A stretch of DNA of 64,000 bases, from positions 1 to 64,000 of the forward strand of contig NIVC01000240.1 of the NCBI GenBank assembly GCA_002269645.1. Reading direction: 5' to 3'. Shown piece by piece: positions 39,200-51,250 of this stretch. The position numbers and the translations under genes are program-made. Below the pieces are notes generated by a model. The model was not told where the DNA came from. It did no database searches and saw only the letters and a list, made by a program, of their open reading frames with translations. The stretch comes from Macrostomum lignano. Lineage: Eukaryota. Positions within the stretch are counted from its first letter, which is position 1, and every line of letters starts with the position of its first letter.

Positions 39200-41640
39200 T
39201 AATTTGCTTTAATCTGATGCACAAATATATCTGCATATATCTGTCTATTGTTCTGCTTGTTTATGTTTAGTAAACTCACTGGTTGCTTTCTGCAGTTGTA
39301 GCTGAGCCTTGACTGTGCATTCATGGTCATTAGCTTGGAGTACAAACAGAGCTGCATCCACCTTAACAGTTCTCCAAAGCCTGCCATAGAATGCCACCTC
39401 ACTGATGCAAATCCAGAGCTTAGCAGCATAGGCCTGTTTCTTCCACTTGCTCTCTTTCAGCTTTACAGCAAGCAGCTTATCCTGCCTTAGTTGAATATCA
39501 TCTGTTTGCTAGCTTGCCAAACACCAGTGGTATTCAATGTGCAGCACTAAACAATGGGTGTTTATAAAACAGTGTGTCATCATTTTTAGTCTTTTCCTGT
39601 AACCACTCTGTGGTGCTGTTCTGACCAAATAGGATAATGAACTCTTGAGCCAGAGAGCATATATTTGGCTTGTTGCAAATAGTCCAGTCCAAAATACCTG
39701 CTTGCAATAGATATTGTCCTTTGGCACTAAAGCAGCCAGTATATTGCCTTTGCTAACAGTTTACAAAGACATCTACCAGGTAGGTGGTCCTGCATTTCCC
39801 TCTCTAGAAGCAGTAGCATAGCACCATCAAGAACCTAAGCGAAATAAAGTAGGTTGTAAAAATTAGTTTTCTGCATTTAAACATTTTGTTTTTTATTCTA
39901 ACCTGTTTTATTTGTCTTTGAAATCTTACTTGCATAGCCTAGGCAGAAATTGCATTTTTTGCAGCCAGAATCTTTGCTATTAGGCAGTCCTAGACCTCTA
40001 TGGATTCTGGCTCCTTGTGAATCTCTGCTTTTAGATTTGGGAATAACCCTTGGATGCCACCAATTACACAATTTGTATTAGTCACTATGTCCTAGACTCT
40101 TCAAATCAGTTAATTTAGACCACTCCAATATATATAGGCATAAAAGGCAATGTTAAATGTGGTAAATTTAAGTGAGCTATGGGTAGAATAAAAAATACAT
40201 CATCAATACATAAAAAAATACTTAACATTCATACTCATAAATGCATATACATATATAAGCAAGAGTTAGCTAAGATTCTTTTCACATTGCCATAAAGTGT
40301 GTCACTTAACAAATTGTGGATTTCAAGTCTAAGCAAGCCTCTAGCTTCAACATGACTGGCTAGGCTAACCATGTGCCAGTGCTATATTCATTCTAGAATC
40401 AGAAGCAATTTATCTGCAAGTGTATATGATGCTTACTCTAGACATATACTAAATTTGTCTGGGTTAATAAGCTGTGCATTGATGCTGACTAGCTGTACCT
40501 GTGTGCAAAAACTTAGCAAGCTTATAGAAGCTATTGTGCAGACCTTGCATTTAGTTTTCTGATATCTTTCTAGCTCTTTGTTTATACATATAACCTAGTT
40601 GAGTACACTGACTTGTCTAGATGGCATGATGCAGTCAAGTGTTCTTGGCATACTGGCAGAGGTCTTATAGCTGATTATTGTCAGTATTGCTACAAAGCTA
40701 CTTAAGATTAAGATAATGATCCATGATACTTGCTAGCAAGAAGCTAAAGGACATTAGCTTGCAGCAGAAAAATATTAATTGACTATAGCTTGATATATGC
40801 AGTTTGAACGCTATGGTCAACCACTTTTCAGTGCACTGTCTACAATAAATGAAAATTGCAGCCTCAAAGCTAGACTGCTAGGTAGACCTAGCACAGTGCC
40901 CATTAGACCTTCACTTCAAAATCACCAACATAGTGAGTTAATATTGCATTAGGCACAAAGTTGCTAATGGCTTTAAAAACTTCTCTAAAGTTGGCTTTTG
41001 ATTTTCCTAACATCAAGACAAATAGAGTAAAGGTGCCTACTTTATGCAGCTATCACATTCTAGGAATCTATAAATGGAATTAATTTATTTTAATAGCTCA
41101 CTGACAATGTATAGTGCTATTATAATGAACTATTTTTTGTATTTATGTAGCACTGTCAGTTGCATATCAGTGTCCATTACAATGTGTCAACAGGTTGGCA
41201 GCCTAATGTTAGCATACAAACTGAGCTAGGATGAAATTGTTATTGATTTCAAAATTCAATTCCACAAATGTTGCCACACTCAATTGACATTCCTTGTCAT
41301 TTAATGCTCAGTAGACAAATTTATTTGGCTTGCCATTGACTGAATCATTTGCTTGCAGCAAGTGCTACTTGATAAGCTTGAGTGCTAGCCTACTTGCAAT
41401 GCATAGCATGATTGAGTTTTTGCCTATCAGTTGCATTTAGTACATTTTGACAGGAGTGCAAAACTTCTCCTTGGTATTACTAATGATCCTTATTAATCAG
41501 GGTCGCCTTGCAGTCTACCTAAGAGTTTCTTATAGTACATTGTCAATACATGGTTCTGTCACATGTTCTTTGATATGCATAGGTCTAGCCATCAAGTATC
41601 TAAATACCTGAGGAATGAGGAATATATGAGGAATACTAAC
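39200..41640 (-). pseudogene. Possible heavily mutated non-LTR retrotransposon RT remnant
   Basis: Minus-strand translation near 40960-40700 gives FEVKV*..GTVLG...FSFIVD and a degenerate xAxx-L-LLAS, resembling RT motifs, with many TAG/TAA stops. Weak. Confidence 0.3.
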
Positions 41641-42108
41641 ATATTTAAATAAAAACAAGTATGTATGGCATATGTGCCATTATATCCTCTTAGACAATAA
41701 TCTACGAGTACAAGATTAGTAATATAATTTTGTCTTTATTTCAAGCTTAGTTTCAGTAACTATTGTTAGCTTCAGCTAGAAGAAAAAGTATCATAAACAA
41801 GCTAGAAATATAAATTAATGCCACATTTAGCATATGAGAATGGAACCATGGCATGAGTACCTGTTCAAGATATGCATGTTCATACAATAGATAATTTATT
41901 TTGATAATAAAAGTAATGCTTGAGATATTTTAGAACCAAAATGAATTATAAAACAAAAAAACTTGCTAAAAAATATTTCACTACAGTGCTCAAATTTGCT
42001 CCATATTGCTCAAGTATTGCCATAGTCAGGGCTTGCATCCTGTATTTGAAACCTAGCTGTCAAAGCAACTTTTAGCCGCCAATGCAATCCCAATCCCAAT
42101 GGAGCGTC

Positions 42109-43254
42109 TTCATGATGTTTTTGAACTCATTCAAGCTTCTTCCGGTGAAGAAAAGACCTGACCCATTCAGCATCTCCTTGACCGGCAAACAGAAAAAAGT
42201 CCACGGTGCCAGGTCTGCACTATACGCAGGGTGAGTCATCAGCTGGACCCCACAGTCAGCCAGAAACTCAGAGTTTGAGCCGCCGTGTGCTCGCTGGCGT
42301 TGCATCTGGTTGACATGGCAAGCACCCCGCCCATGGCACGCATTCCTTGGGCACCTCTGCTCACAGCAGAGACTTTGGGCAGGCAAACCGTTGTGTACCA
42401 GTCAGCGGTGACTGTCTGGCGATCTTCAAGTGAAACGGAAGCCACATGCCCAGTGCGCATGAAGAAACAGGCCACCATCTGCTTGCCGACACTCCGGCTG
42501 CGTCGAAACTTGGTGGGGCTGTCCTCGTCTCCAAAGGTCCACATGGCTGACTGGCGCTTGCTTTCGGGGTCGTATTGATAAATCCAGGTCTCATCGCCCG
42601 TGAGGATGTCCCGGATACGCCGGCTGGTCCCAGATTCGAATTTCTGCAGCATGAATCGGCACCAAGCCACCCTGGTGTCCTTCTGCACGTCCGACAGCTG
42701 ATGGGGGATCCACCGGGAAGCCAGCTTCCGCACTCCAAGGTGTTCGTGCAGAATGGCGTGCACACTACCCGATCCAATACCGATCTCCTGCTGGATCTGC
42801 TGGTCGGTCACTCGCCGGTCAGCAATCATGCTGGACACAGCGCAGATATTTTCTGGAGTCACTGCGTCACAGGGTCTCCCGGATCGATGTTCATCTTCGA
42901 GGCTTTCTCGACCTCGGCGAAACTCAGCGAACCAGTTTTTGACGGTTGCGTATGAAGGACATACATGGGTAAAAACGTTCTGTAAAGTTTGATACGATTC
43001 GGTCGGCGACTTGCCTTGCTTGAAGTGCAAGTAAATCATTGCTCTGAAGTCGCGATTTTCCAGCTTCATTGTTGAATTGAAGAACTCAGGGGGTGAACTG
43101 ACTTTAACTCGCTGCAGTGGACTCAAAAGTGGCTGCTTCTGTTTGAAATTTTGTTGCAATACTTTTAAAAGTTGGTCTTTACCATAGACAAATTTCATGC
43201 TTCTACGTCTCGTGGATCCTACTCAGGCTAAAGACTTTCTGAGTGACCCTCGTA
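42109..43254 (-). mobile_element. Mariner (DD34D family) transposon, 3' end truncated/frameshifted
   Basis: 5' TIR TA|CGAGGGTCACTCAGAAAGTCTTTAGCC at 43254. ATG at 43069: MKLENRDFRAMIY...EDEHRSGRP...RWIPHQL...TGDETW...HPAYSADLAP. Confidence 0.92.
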
Positions 43255-43433
43255 TTTTATATGAACTCAAAATGAATTATAAAACTAAAAAAACTTGCAT
43301 AGAAAAATATTTCATGTTCTATCAGTGTCAAATTTGCTTTGCTTATATTGCTCAAGTATTGCCAAGTCAAGCTTGGCTTGCTCCCTGTATTTGTAACTTA
43401 AACCTAGATCTGTGTTTCAATGCGAACTTTTAG

Positions 43434-43543
43434 ACCTGCTTCGAATGCAATGGTCCCAATCCACAATGGGTCAGCGTCACATATGGCATCTGGATCTGTC
43501 TGGAATGCTCTGGCAAGCATCGTGGACTTGGTGTGCACTTAAG
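43434..43543 (+). CDS. ARFGAP1: ARFGAP1 exon 2 (C4 zinc finger of the GAP domain)
   Basis: tttag|[36 protein letters not shown]. The donor appears to lack one G (TTAAG|TTTTG). Confidence 0.9.
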
Positions 43544-43582
43544 TTTTGTCTAAGATATCTAAGATACCAGCGTCCTCTTTTA

Positions 43583-45003
43583 ATCCCTGGCATCTCAGCA
43601 TCTCCCCCTTGATCCATGGCACCTCAGCATCTCCCCCTTGACCCATGGCACCTCAGCATCTCCCCTTGACCCATGGCACCTCAGCATCTCCCCCTTGACC
43701 CATGGCACCTCAGCATCTCCCCCTTGACCCACGGCATCTCAGCATCTCCCCCTTGACCCATGGCACCTCAGCATCTCCCCCTTGACCCATGGCACCTCAG
43801 CATCTCCCCTTGACCCATGGCACCTCAGCATCTCCCCCTTGACCCATGGCACCTCAGCATCTCCCCCTTGACCCATGGCACCTCAGCATCTCCCCCTTGA
43901 CCCATGGCACCTCAGCATTCCCCCTTGACCCATGGCACCTCAGCATTTCCCCCTTGACCCATGGCACCTCAGCATTCCCCTTGACCCATGGCACCTCAGC
44001 ATTCCCCTTGACCCATGGCACCTCAGCATCTCCCCCTTGACCCATGGCACCTCAGCATCTCCCCCTTGACCCATGGCACCTCAGCATCTCCCCCTTGACC
44101 CATGGCACCTCAGCATCTCCCCCTTGACCCATGGCACCTCAGCATTCCCCACTTGACCCATGGCACCTCAGCATTCCCCCCTTGACCCATGGCACCTCAG
44201 CATTTCCCCCTTGACCCATGGCACCTCAGCATCTCCCCCTTGACCCATGGCACCTCAGCATCTCCCCCTTGACCCATGGCACCTCAGCATTTCCCCCTTG
44301 ACCCATGGCACCTCAGCATCTCCCCCTTGACCCATGGCACCTCAGCATCTCCCCCTTGACCCATGGCATCTCAGCATCTCCCCCTTGACCCATGGCACCT
44401 CAGCATCTCCCCCTTGACCCATGGCACCTCAGCATTCCCCCTTGACCCATGGCGCCTCAGCATCTCCCCCTTGACCCATGGCACCTCAGCATCTCCCCCT
44501 TGACCCATGGCACCTCAGCATCTCCCCCTTGACCCATGGCACCTCAGCATCTCCCCCTTGACCCATGGCATCTCAGCATTCCCCCTTGACCCATGGCACC
44601 TCAGCATCTCCCCCTTGACCCATGGCACCTCAGCATCTCCCCCTTGACCCATGGCACCTCAGCATCTCCCCCTTGACCCATGGCACCTCAGCATCTCCCC
44701 TTGACCCATGGCACCTCAGCATCCCCCCTTGACCCATGGCACCTCAGCATCTCCCCCTTGACCCATGGCACCTCAGCATCTCCCCCTTGACCCATGGCAC
44801 CTCAGCATCTCCCCCTTGACCCATGGCATCTCAGCATCTCCCCCTTGAGCCCATGGCACCTCAGCATCTCCCCTTGACCCATGGCAACTCAGCATTTCCC
44901 CCTTGAATGACCTCAGCATCTCCCTTGACCCATGGCAATCAGCATCTCTTGACCCATGGCAACGGTCAGCATATAATGGCACCTCATCTCCCTTGACCCA
45001 TGG
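43583..45003. repeat. 29-bp minisatellite filling ARFGAP1 intron 2
   Basis: Unit CCATGGCACCTCAGCATCTCCCCCTTGAC. Confidence 0.95.
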
Positions 45004-45006
45004 CAG

Positions 45007-45579
45007 CATTTTGTCCGGTCAGCAACCATGGACATGGAAGGACATCGAATTAGAGAAGATGCGCGTAGGCGGCATGGCAAGCGCGCGAATTTCTATCCAA
45101 GCAGCCGGACTGGAATCAGCACGCCAGCCTGACGATCGCACAATAGCCGACTGGAAGCCGAGCCGGCCTTGGAATGAAGCCTTCGGCTGCTAAAATGCAC
45201 AGCTTCCTGTGGCCACTCAGTCCTTCAGCCTGCACCTCGCCTCCTTGCATGAGACTACAGCTGCAGCCGGCGGACCGGCACCAGATCGCCGGCATGCCAT
45301 CCAGAGCCTGGCTAAACGACGAAGGCGTCCGCAGTCGTAAAGACGAATTCTTCAATAGCAGGTGAACCTCCCCTAGTCAGGTCCGGTCGTAACAGGCTGG
45401 AAGCACGCCGACGACCGCCTGGCGGCTTCGGCAACACGCCGGACCCGCTGGGCACGGCTACACTGCAGACTCTGCGTGGCCTCCAATCGGGCTGGTCGGT
45501 GTTCTCTAGCGGAGCTACCCGATTGGCCAGCGCGGCGGCTAAGAAAACTAAGGAATTATCGGCTAATGTTAATGAGAAG
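45007..45579 (+). CDS. ARFGAP1: ARFGAP1 exon 3 (multiple apparent indels in its 5' two-thirds)
   Basis: FVRSATMD.WKDIELEKMRVGG..AREFL, RKDEFFNS, GGFGNTP...SGWSVFSSGATRLASAAAKKTKELSANVNEK|GTTTGT. Frame is broken several times. Confidence 0.75.
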
Positions 45580-45699
45580 GTTTGTTTGGTGCCCAATGTT
45601 AAAATTAAACTTTCTTCCTTTTCTGTGTTGTAAATATTGTCTAAATCTAGATTCATAGTTTATTTATAGCGTACCTCTTTTACTTGTTTCAATTTAATT

Positions 45700-45889
45700 A
45701 GAGGGTTGTAGCCTAGCAGTTCGAGCGTCGGACTCACGACTGAAAGGTCGGGGGTTCGATTCTCGACCACTCGGAACAATTTGTGTCCTAAAGCAAGACA
45801 CTTGTAACTCTGCATTGCTTCAGTTCACCCAGCTGTAAAATGGGTAACCAGCATTAGCTGCGGTAATTAAGGGTGTGTGTGGTTACCCC
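45700..45889 (+). mobile_element. CORE-type SINE, copy 3 (3'-truncated, CpG intact), in ARFGAP1 intron 3
   Basis: Same A/B boxes and CORE as copy 1. Confidence 0.8.
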
Positions 45890-46062
45890 CCACTCATTCT
45901 TGATCTCTGTTGTAATTATTGTCTCAATCTACATTCATAGCTTATTTATTATAACTTGCCTCTTTTACTTTGCTTTATTTTACTTAGCAGAATTTTACAG
46001 GCTTTTAATGTTGTGCTATATTCGTGCTCTCACAAGTGCGCATGCACTTCTGAATTTTTCAG

Positions 46063-46122
46063 GTGAAAGATGGCACACTGCTCAACAGTGTTGGCAGTGG
46101 TGTCTCTAACGTGGCTAGTAAA
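46063..46122 (+). CDS. ARFGAP1: ARFGAP1 exon 4
   Basis: tttcag|VKDGTLLNSVGSGVSNVASK|GTAAGT, like VKEGKIFDDVSSGVSQLASK of vertebrate ArfGAP1. Confidence 0.85.
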
Positions 46123-46419
46123 GTAAGTTGGACAACTTTTTGTAAACCATTTTTATGAATGCAGTGTCTGAGCCTTTGGATCCGCTATTTGCTATCTATT
46201 GGTACGTATTTGCTGATTGCAGTACTGTAATACGCTAATTATGCTAAAAATTTCACTCCAGATTGGCTTGATTAATAACTGTTTTAATTTGCTTTGTAAA
46301 ATACTTTGTGTCTACTGTTAGTTCAGTAGTAGGGAAGTATGTGTAAGCTATTCTATAAAACTTCCCCTAAAAATATGCTGATTGACTGATTGACTAAAAA
46401 CGAATACTGTACATCTCAG

Positions 46420-47022
46420 GTGAGCTTGGCCGGCACTAAGAGCTGGAAGAGTATCGAACAGTACTGGCACGGCGGCGGCGGCGGCTGTGGCGGCGACTAC
46501 GGCGATCCCCACGAGGGTACAGCGGCCGCTGCGGCTGCCGGTGGCTCGTCGGCATCTGGGTCCATGGCTGCGCACGCGGGCAGCGGCGGCTACGGAGCAT
46601 TGGGCGGCTCCTACCAAGGAGCCTATCAGGGCGCTTATCAGCAGCCGCCCCAGCAGCAGCAGCAAGGCGACGACAGCTGGGCAGACTGGGGCAGCTCCGG
46701 CTGGGACAGCCCGGCCAGACAATCGGACAGTCGCAATGGCAACGGCGGCGGCGGCGGCGGCAACTCAGCGCAGAAGAAGTCAAAACAACCGAAGCCGCGA
46801 CAGTCCGAGCCGGACGGCTGTCCGACTGGCGACTTGCTGAACCTGAGCCTCGGCGGCGCCGAGCAGCAGCAGGAGGAGGAGGAGGAAGAGCAGCTTGACG
46901 AGGAGAAATGGGCCGAGGAGGACTCGGACTTTGAGTCCTGGGAGCCCATTGAACAGCAGCGACAGCAGGCGAAGCAGAAGAAGTCCAAGCAGCAGCAGGC
47001 CAAGGGCAAGCGGGCTTCTTAG
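46420..47022 (+). CDS. ARFGAP1: ARFGAP1 exon 5 (terminal, low complexity)
   Basis: ctcag|VSLAGTKSWKSIEQYW... Gly/Gln/Glu-rich tail with W-D motifs (DDSWADWG, GWDS), stop TAG. Confidence 0.8.
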   Translation: MSLAGTKSWKSIEQYWHGGGGGCGGDYGDPHEGTAAAAAAGGSSASGSMAAHAGSGGYGALGGSYQGAYQGAYQQPPQQQQQGDDSWADWGSSGWDSPARQSDSRNGNGGGGGGNSAQKKSKQPKPRQSEPDGCPTGDLLNLSLGGAEQQQEEEEEEQLDEEKWAEEDSDFESWEPIEQQRQQAKQKKSKQQQAKGKRAS

Positions 47023-47136
47023 AATCGCATTGATTATCAATAGAACTGTCAGCAGAGTGTAGCTGGCAAGCAAACCTTTTTCTATTCGTGTTGGCAAGTT
47101 GCCTGTTGGCAAGATATTGAAGAGGGTTCGGCAAAC

Positions 47137-47600
47137 TTTTTCTCTCTCTATCTATCTCTATCTCTGTCTCCTCTCACACTTCTCTCTCTCTCTGTATCTC
47201 CTCTCACTCTCACTCTCTTTCTCTCTCTATCTCTATCTCCTCACACACCTCTCTCTCTGTATCTCCTCTCACTCTCACTCTCTTTCTATCTCTATCTCTA
47301 TCTCCTCTCACACTCTCTCTTTCTCTCTTTATCTCTATCTCCTCACACTTTCTCTCTTTCTCTATCTATCTCTATCTTTGTCTCCTCTCACACTCTCTTT
47401 CTCTCTATCCCTATCCTCTCACACACTCCCTGTATCTCCTCTCACTCTCACTCTCTTTCTCTCTCTATCTCTATCTCCTCTTACACTCTCTTTCTCTCTC
47501 TATCATCTCTATCTCCTCTCACTCTCTCTATCTATCTATCTCTATCTTCTCTCCCCCCTTATCACCCGTCTTTTCTCTCCCCTCTCCTTTCCTCTCTCTC
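47137..47600. repeat. CT-rich low-complexity tract
   Basis: (CTCT/CTAT/CACA) mosaic downstream of ARFGAP1. Confidence 0.9.
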
Positions 47601-48782
47601 ATCTGGCCCTTAGGTTAAAAGAGTTTACCGACCCTGATGGCATACGAGTGTGTAGAACAATATTGAAAACAAGATCAATAGACGGTTGACCCATCTGTTC
47701 AAAGCAGAGAAAGTTTTTATCCTCAAAAAGAGATGCCCTATGGCTGCTCCTTTAAGACTGCAGAAACGGTTCTTGTAGCTAAAATGAATTCCAAAATTTA
47801 ATATATAAATGTTCAGTTCCAACTCTATCATCGGCAATATTCTATAAATAATATTAATATGTCATTCTGGTTTTTTGTTGGTAACAAGTGTTATATACCT
47901 TCCCCAGGCGCTAACAGCACAGACCAGACATTGTGATTTCCAATTTTTTAGACATTGTACGTTTTGCTTAATATCTGGTAGTAATAAGACATCTATTATA
48001 GGCTATAGTAGTGTTCGTCCCCTAAAATTGACGTCCTTTGTGGCTTGTCCTCACAATTCTCTTTTGAAATAATAATTATTATTGTTGTTAAACATTAATT
48101 TATATTTTAAATTGTACTTCTAGACCGTAATTTACTCGTATATCCTGTTTTGCGGTAGTTACAAGTAATTACCGAATTTATTTTGTGTTTTCTCCATCTC
48201 TGTTAAAAACACTGCTCCTTTCATGGTTATCGGGTGTTTTACTTACTCATTTCCCTTTTATTATTGCGCATCTTTCACTGCTACTAATCGCATAAATATA
48301 TGTGCTACTGTCTACTAATTTTACTCGCTAGTAGTATGTTGTGAGTATTGTACGGTTCGCCTGCCCTGTGATATAAGCTATCCGAATATAACAGAGTAGT
48401 GAGCGTTGCGGTGTTGTGTTGTGTGTGCATTATTATTATTACTGTTCTAAGCTGTCTCGTGTCATGTTGGCCCGTGTCTGGCAATTCAGCCTGCTTAAAA
48501 TATTAATGCACATGTCCAAAGCTTATATTTAGTTTTATGCGAAATTCCTTCTATTAATATGAGTAACAGAGGTAAGTTATACTTCCCGAGCCGCTTGCTT
48601 GTTGTTGCAAAATGCGTGTCACTTAACTATTCATAAATTGTTGGTTGTTGATTAAATATTGATTAAAAATATAAAATAAAATATCAAGTTGTTATCTATT
48701 GAGCACGATGCTTGTCTGTGTTATGTGTCTTATTCAGTTTGGCGTATGGCAGGCTGCACCTGCGACCCTGAAAACAGCTGGC

Positions 48783-48814
<32 letters not shown>

Positions 48815-48815
48815 G

Positions 48816-48846
<31 letters not shown>

Positions 48847-48847
48847 G

Positions 48848-48898
<51 letters not shown>
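48783..48898. repeat. (GATA)n microsatellite
   Basis: Near-perfect TAGA array. Confidence 0.97.
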
Positions 48899-49122
48899 AA
48901 CGCCGTAGGCACTGTGCACTAATTTGATGACGATGCATTCGCCCTTTGAAATACGGTAAATTTGCTCCAGCTTTTTACCTACTTAAAGTAGTCAAACGTT
49001 TTTCTTTCACTTGAATTTCTACTCCGCTCCCCCTCCTTTGTCTTGCAGGCTGTGCAGTTAAAGTCCCGTGTATTGATAGAGAGAATTAGACAGCAGACAG
49101 ACTGAATAAAGTCGGCAGCCCA

Positions 49123-49661
49123 ATGTCGACTACGCGTCGCTATTCGCTATCTTCGGCGGCAACGTCGCCTTTGGCTGGTTATGCGGATCCATTCGAACTA
49201 GGGCCGATGCAGCATCATCAGCATCCTTATCTTCATCAACAGCAGCAGCTTCGATTGTCGCTACGCCGCGGCCCGGATTCGTCGCTTCGTCATCTCGACC
49301 AGGAGCTGTCGGTGCTCGGCCTGCCCGGCCTGTTTCTGACGGCATCGGCCGACGAGCTGAACGTGTCGGCGCTGGCGTCGGCCTGCCAGCAGCTGGTGGC
49401 GCTCTATCATCGGTCGCGGGACGCTCGCGAAGCCCTGGAAGATAAAAACCGGCGCTTGGAATCCGAGCTGCGCGACTCTCGCCGGGCCGAGCAGCGACTG
49501 CAGGAGACGGCGCGCGATGCGGCCAGCCAGTCGGCCGGGCTGCGCGAACGCGAGCGCCGATTGGACGAGCGCGGCCGCCGGCTTAACGATCAGCTTAGAG
49601 AGGCTCGCGACGAGGCGAAGCGATTGAACCAGCAGTTGCAGCAGCGGGACACCCAGCACAG
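49123..49661 (+). CDS. SSX2IP: Afadin- and alpha-actinin-binding protein (ADIP/SSX2IP)-like, exon 1
   Basis: LRHLDQELSVLGLPGLF...ELNVSAL...coiled coil...RDTQH, like SYLDQELTTFGFPSLY...ELNIVAV. Donor AG|GTGCGA. Confidence 0.8.
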
Positions 49662-50563
49662 GTGCGATTGTTTGTTTTACTGGCTGCAAAATTCACTTAA
49701 AAATTGACTTTGAATTTGCAATCTCCCTGACACTGAGAAAATCGCCATGCCACTGATACTCGTAGAATCGCCCTGACAAAGCGCAAAATAACTGGTGTTT
49801 TATTTTAGGTATGTTATTTGAGGATTAGAGAGCGTTTGAGTATATAGGATATGTGCGCGATCATAAATGAAGGACAATTAATAGCTTACCATAGCATCAA
49901 ATGCCTCATCGTCGTCGGCCAGCATGTTGGCAATTGTGACGGCTGGGTCCGCAAGCTAGCTGCTTTATTTTCTTTGTAATGGCGTCAATCAACGCGGTTG
50001 CGCCATTTTACAGCGTCTAAACAGATCATGTCGCAGGTTGTCAATGAGTACAGATCATCCGCCGAAATCGAAGCTACTGACGCCGCAGCCTCGGTGCAAG
50101 TTGCACCCCGGGTGTAGACGCGGCGCACGCTTCCAAAGCCTGCGGTCCAGTCGCTTGCGTTACGGCGTTTAATGAGTTCCTCGTTTTGCTGCGTCAATTG
50201 ACACAGCTGATCCCGGGCGCTTTCAAGCCACAACGCAAGCTCCTTTCGCTCGTACTCACTCTCGAAGTTCTTCCTCGAGAGTTTTATATGCAGCATCTCG
50301 CTTAGCCATGGCGACAACATACGACACACACTGCGGAAACGTTTTAGGTGTTGGCACCGTCGGTAAATGAGCACACGTGCGCTCATTTCGACGTGCGCTC
50401 ATTTCGCTTGGCCTCGGCATACGTCTAGTAAGGACCCTTTCTAATGTGGGCTTCGCACCGCGTACCACGCTGTTTTTCGTCCGCCGTGACCACAACAACG
50501 CGAGCATCGAGACTCTACTCAGCCGCCAATAGCGCAGGAGTCGGGGCAACGATGCAGTCCTGA

Positions 50564-51250
50564 TTGTTGTTGTTGTTGTTGTTGTTGTTGTTTCCGGCCG
50601 GTCAGTCCGTGGTCGGGTCTGTGCCCCGACCTCCTTCAGGAAGTCTACCACCCGCCTGCAACTGTCACTGAGCGCTTGGAGGCTCGGGTTTTTGCCGAGG
50701 TGCCGGTCTCTGGCTTGTTGGTGAGTACGGCATGACTTAATAAAATGCTCCAGGTCCTCATCGGCTTCGCCGCAGCGCGGGCACGTAGGGCTGTCGGCTT
50801 GGCCGATGCGGTGGCGATACTGCTGGAGCAGGGGAGATTGGCCGGTGCGGAGTTGAGCGAGGGTAACCTCGTCTTTTCTGGTGAGCGGTCTTTTTGGTCT
50901 GGCGCCGTTTCCTGTGGTCAGGCGGTGCGTGATGCAGTGCGGGTCCGCGCTGTAGTCTGCTTTGAAGCGAGACTTAGCGGAGCGGTCGATCGCCGCTAAA
51001 GCTTTAGCCGCAGCCAGTCTGATCTTAGCGTGGGTCTGATCGAGAGCCGGGCCGGCTTTGGCAGTCACGTCCGCCAGTTCGTTGAGGAGGAGCCCAGCGT
51101 GGCCTGGCACCCATTGCAGGTCGATATGCGTAGAGACCGAGATGGAGAGGAGAAGCTCCCAAATCGCGCAGCAGTCTGGAGAGCGCGCTTTCGCAGGCCC
51201 TTGTTGAAGGGATCGAAGAAGCGATTGGGAATCAGTGAGGCACCTGATGC
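50564..51250 (-). mobile_element. 5'-truncated non-LTR retrotransposon 3' end (RNase H + CCHC; I-group-like)
   Basis: CLTDSQSLL...IDLQWVPGHAGLLLNELADVTAK (RNase H), QLRTG...CPRCGEADEDLEHFIKSC, (ACA)n tail at 50564-50592, short foldback at the 5' junction (~51235-51265). Confidence 0.85.

Noticed and set aside
49985-50386. 133-aa minus-strand ORF as a nested gene
   Set aside because: No recognisable domain. It lies next to the LINE tail in an intron and is likely TE-derived or spurious.
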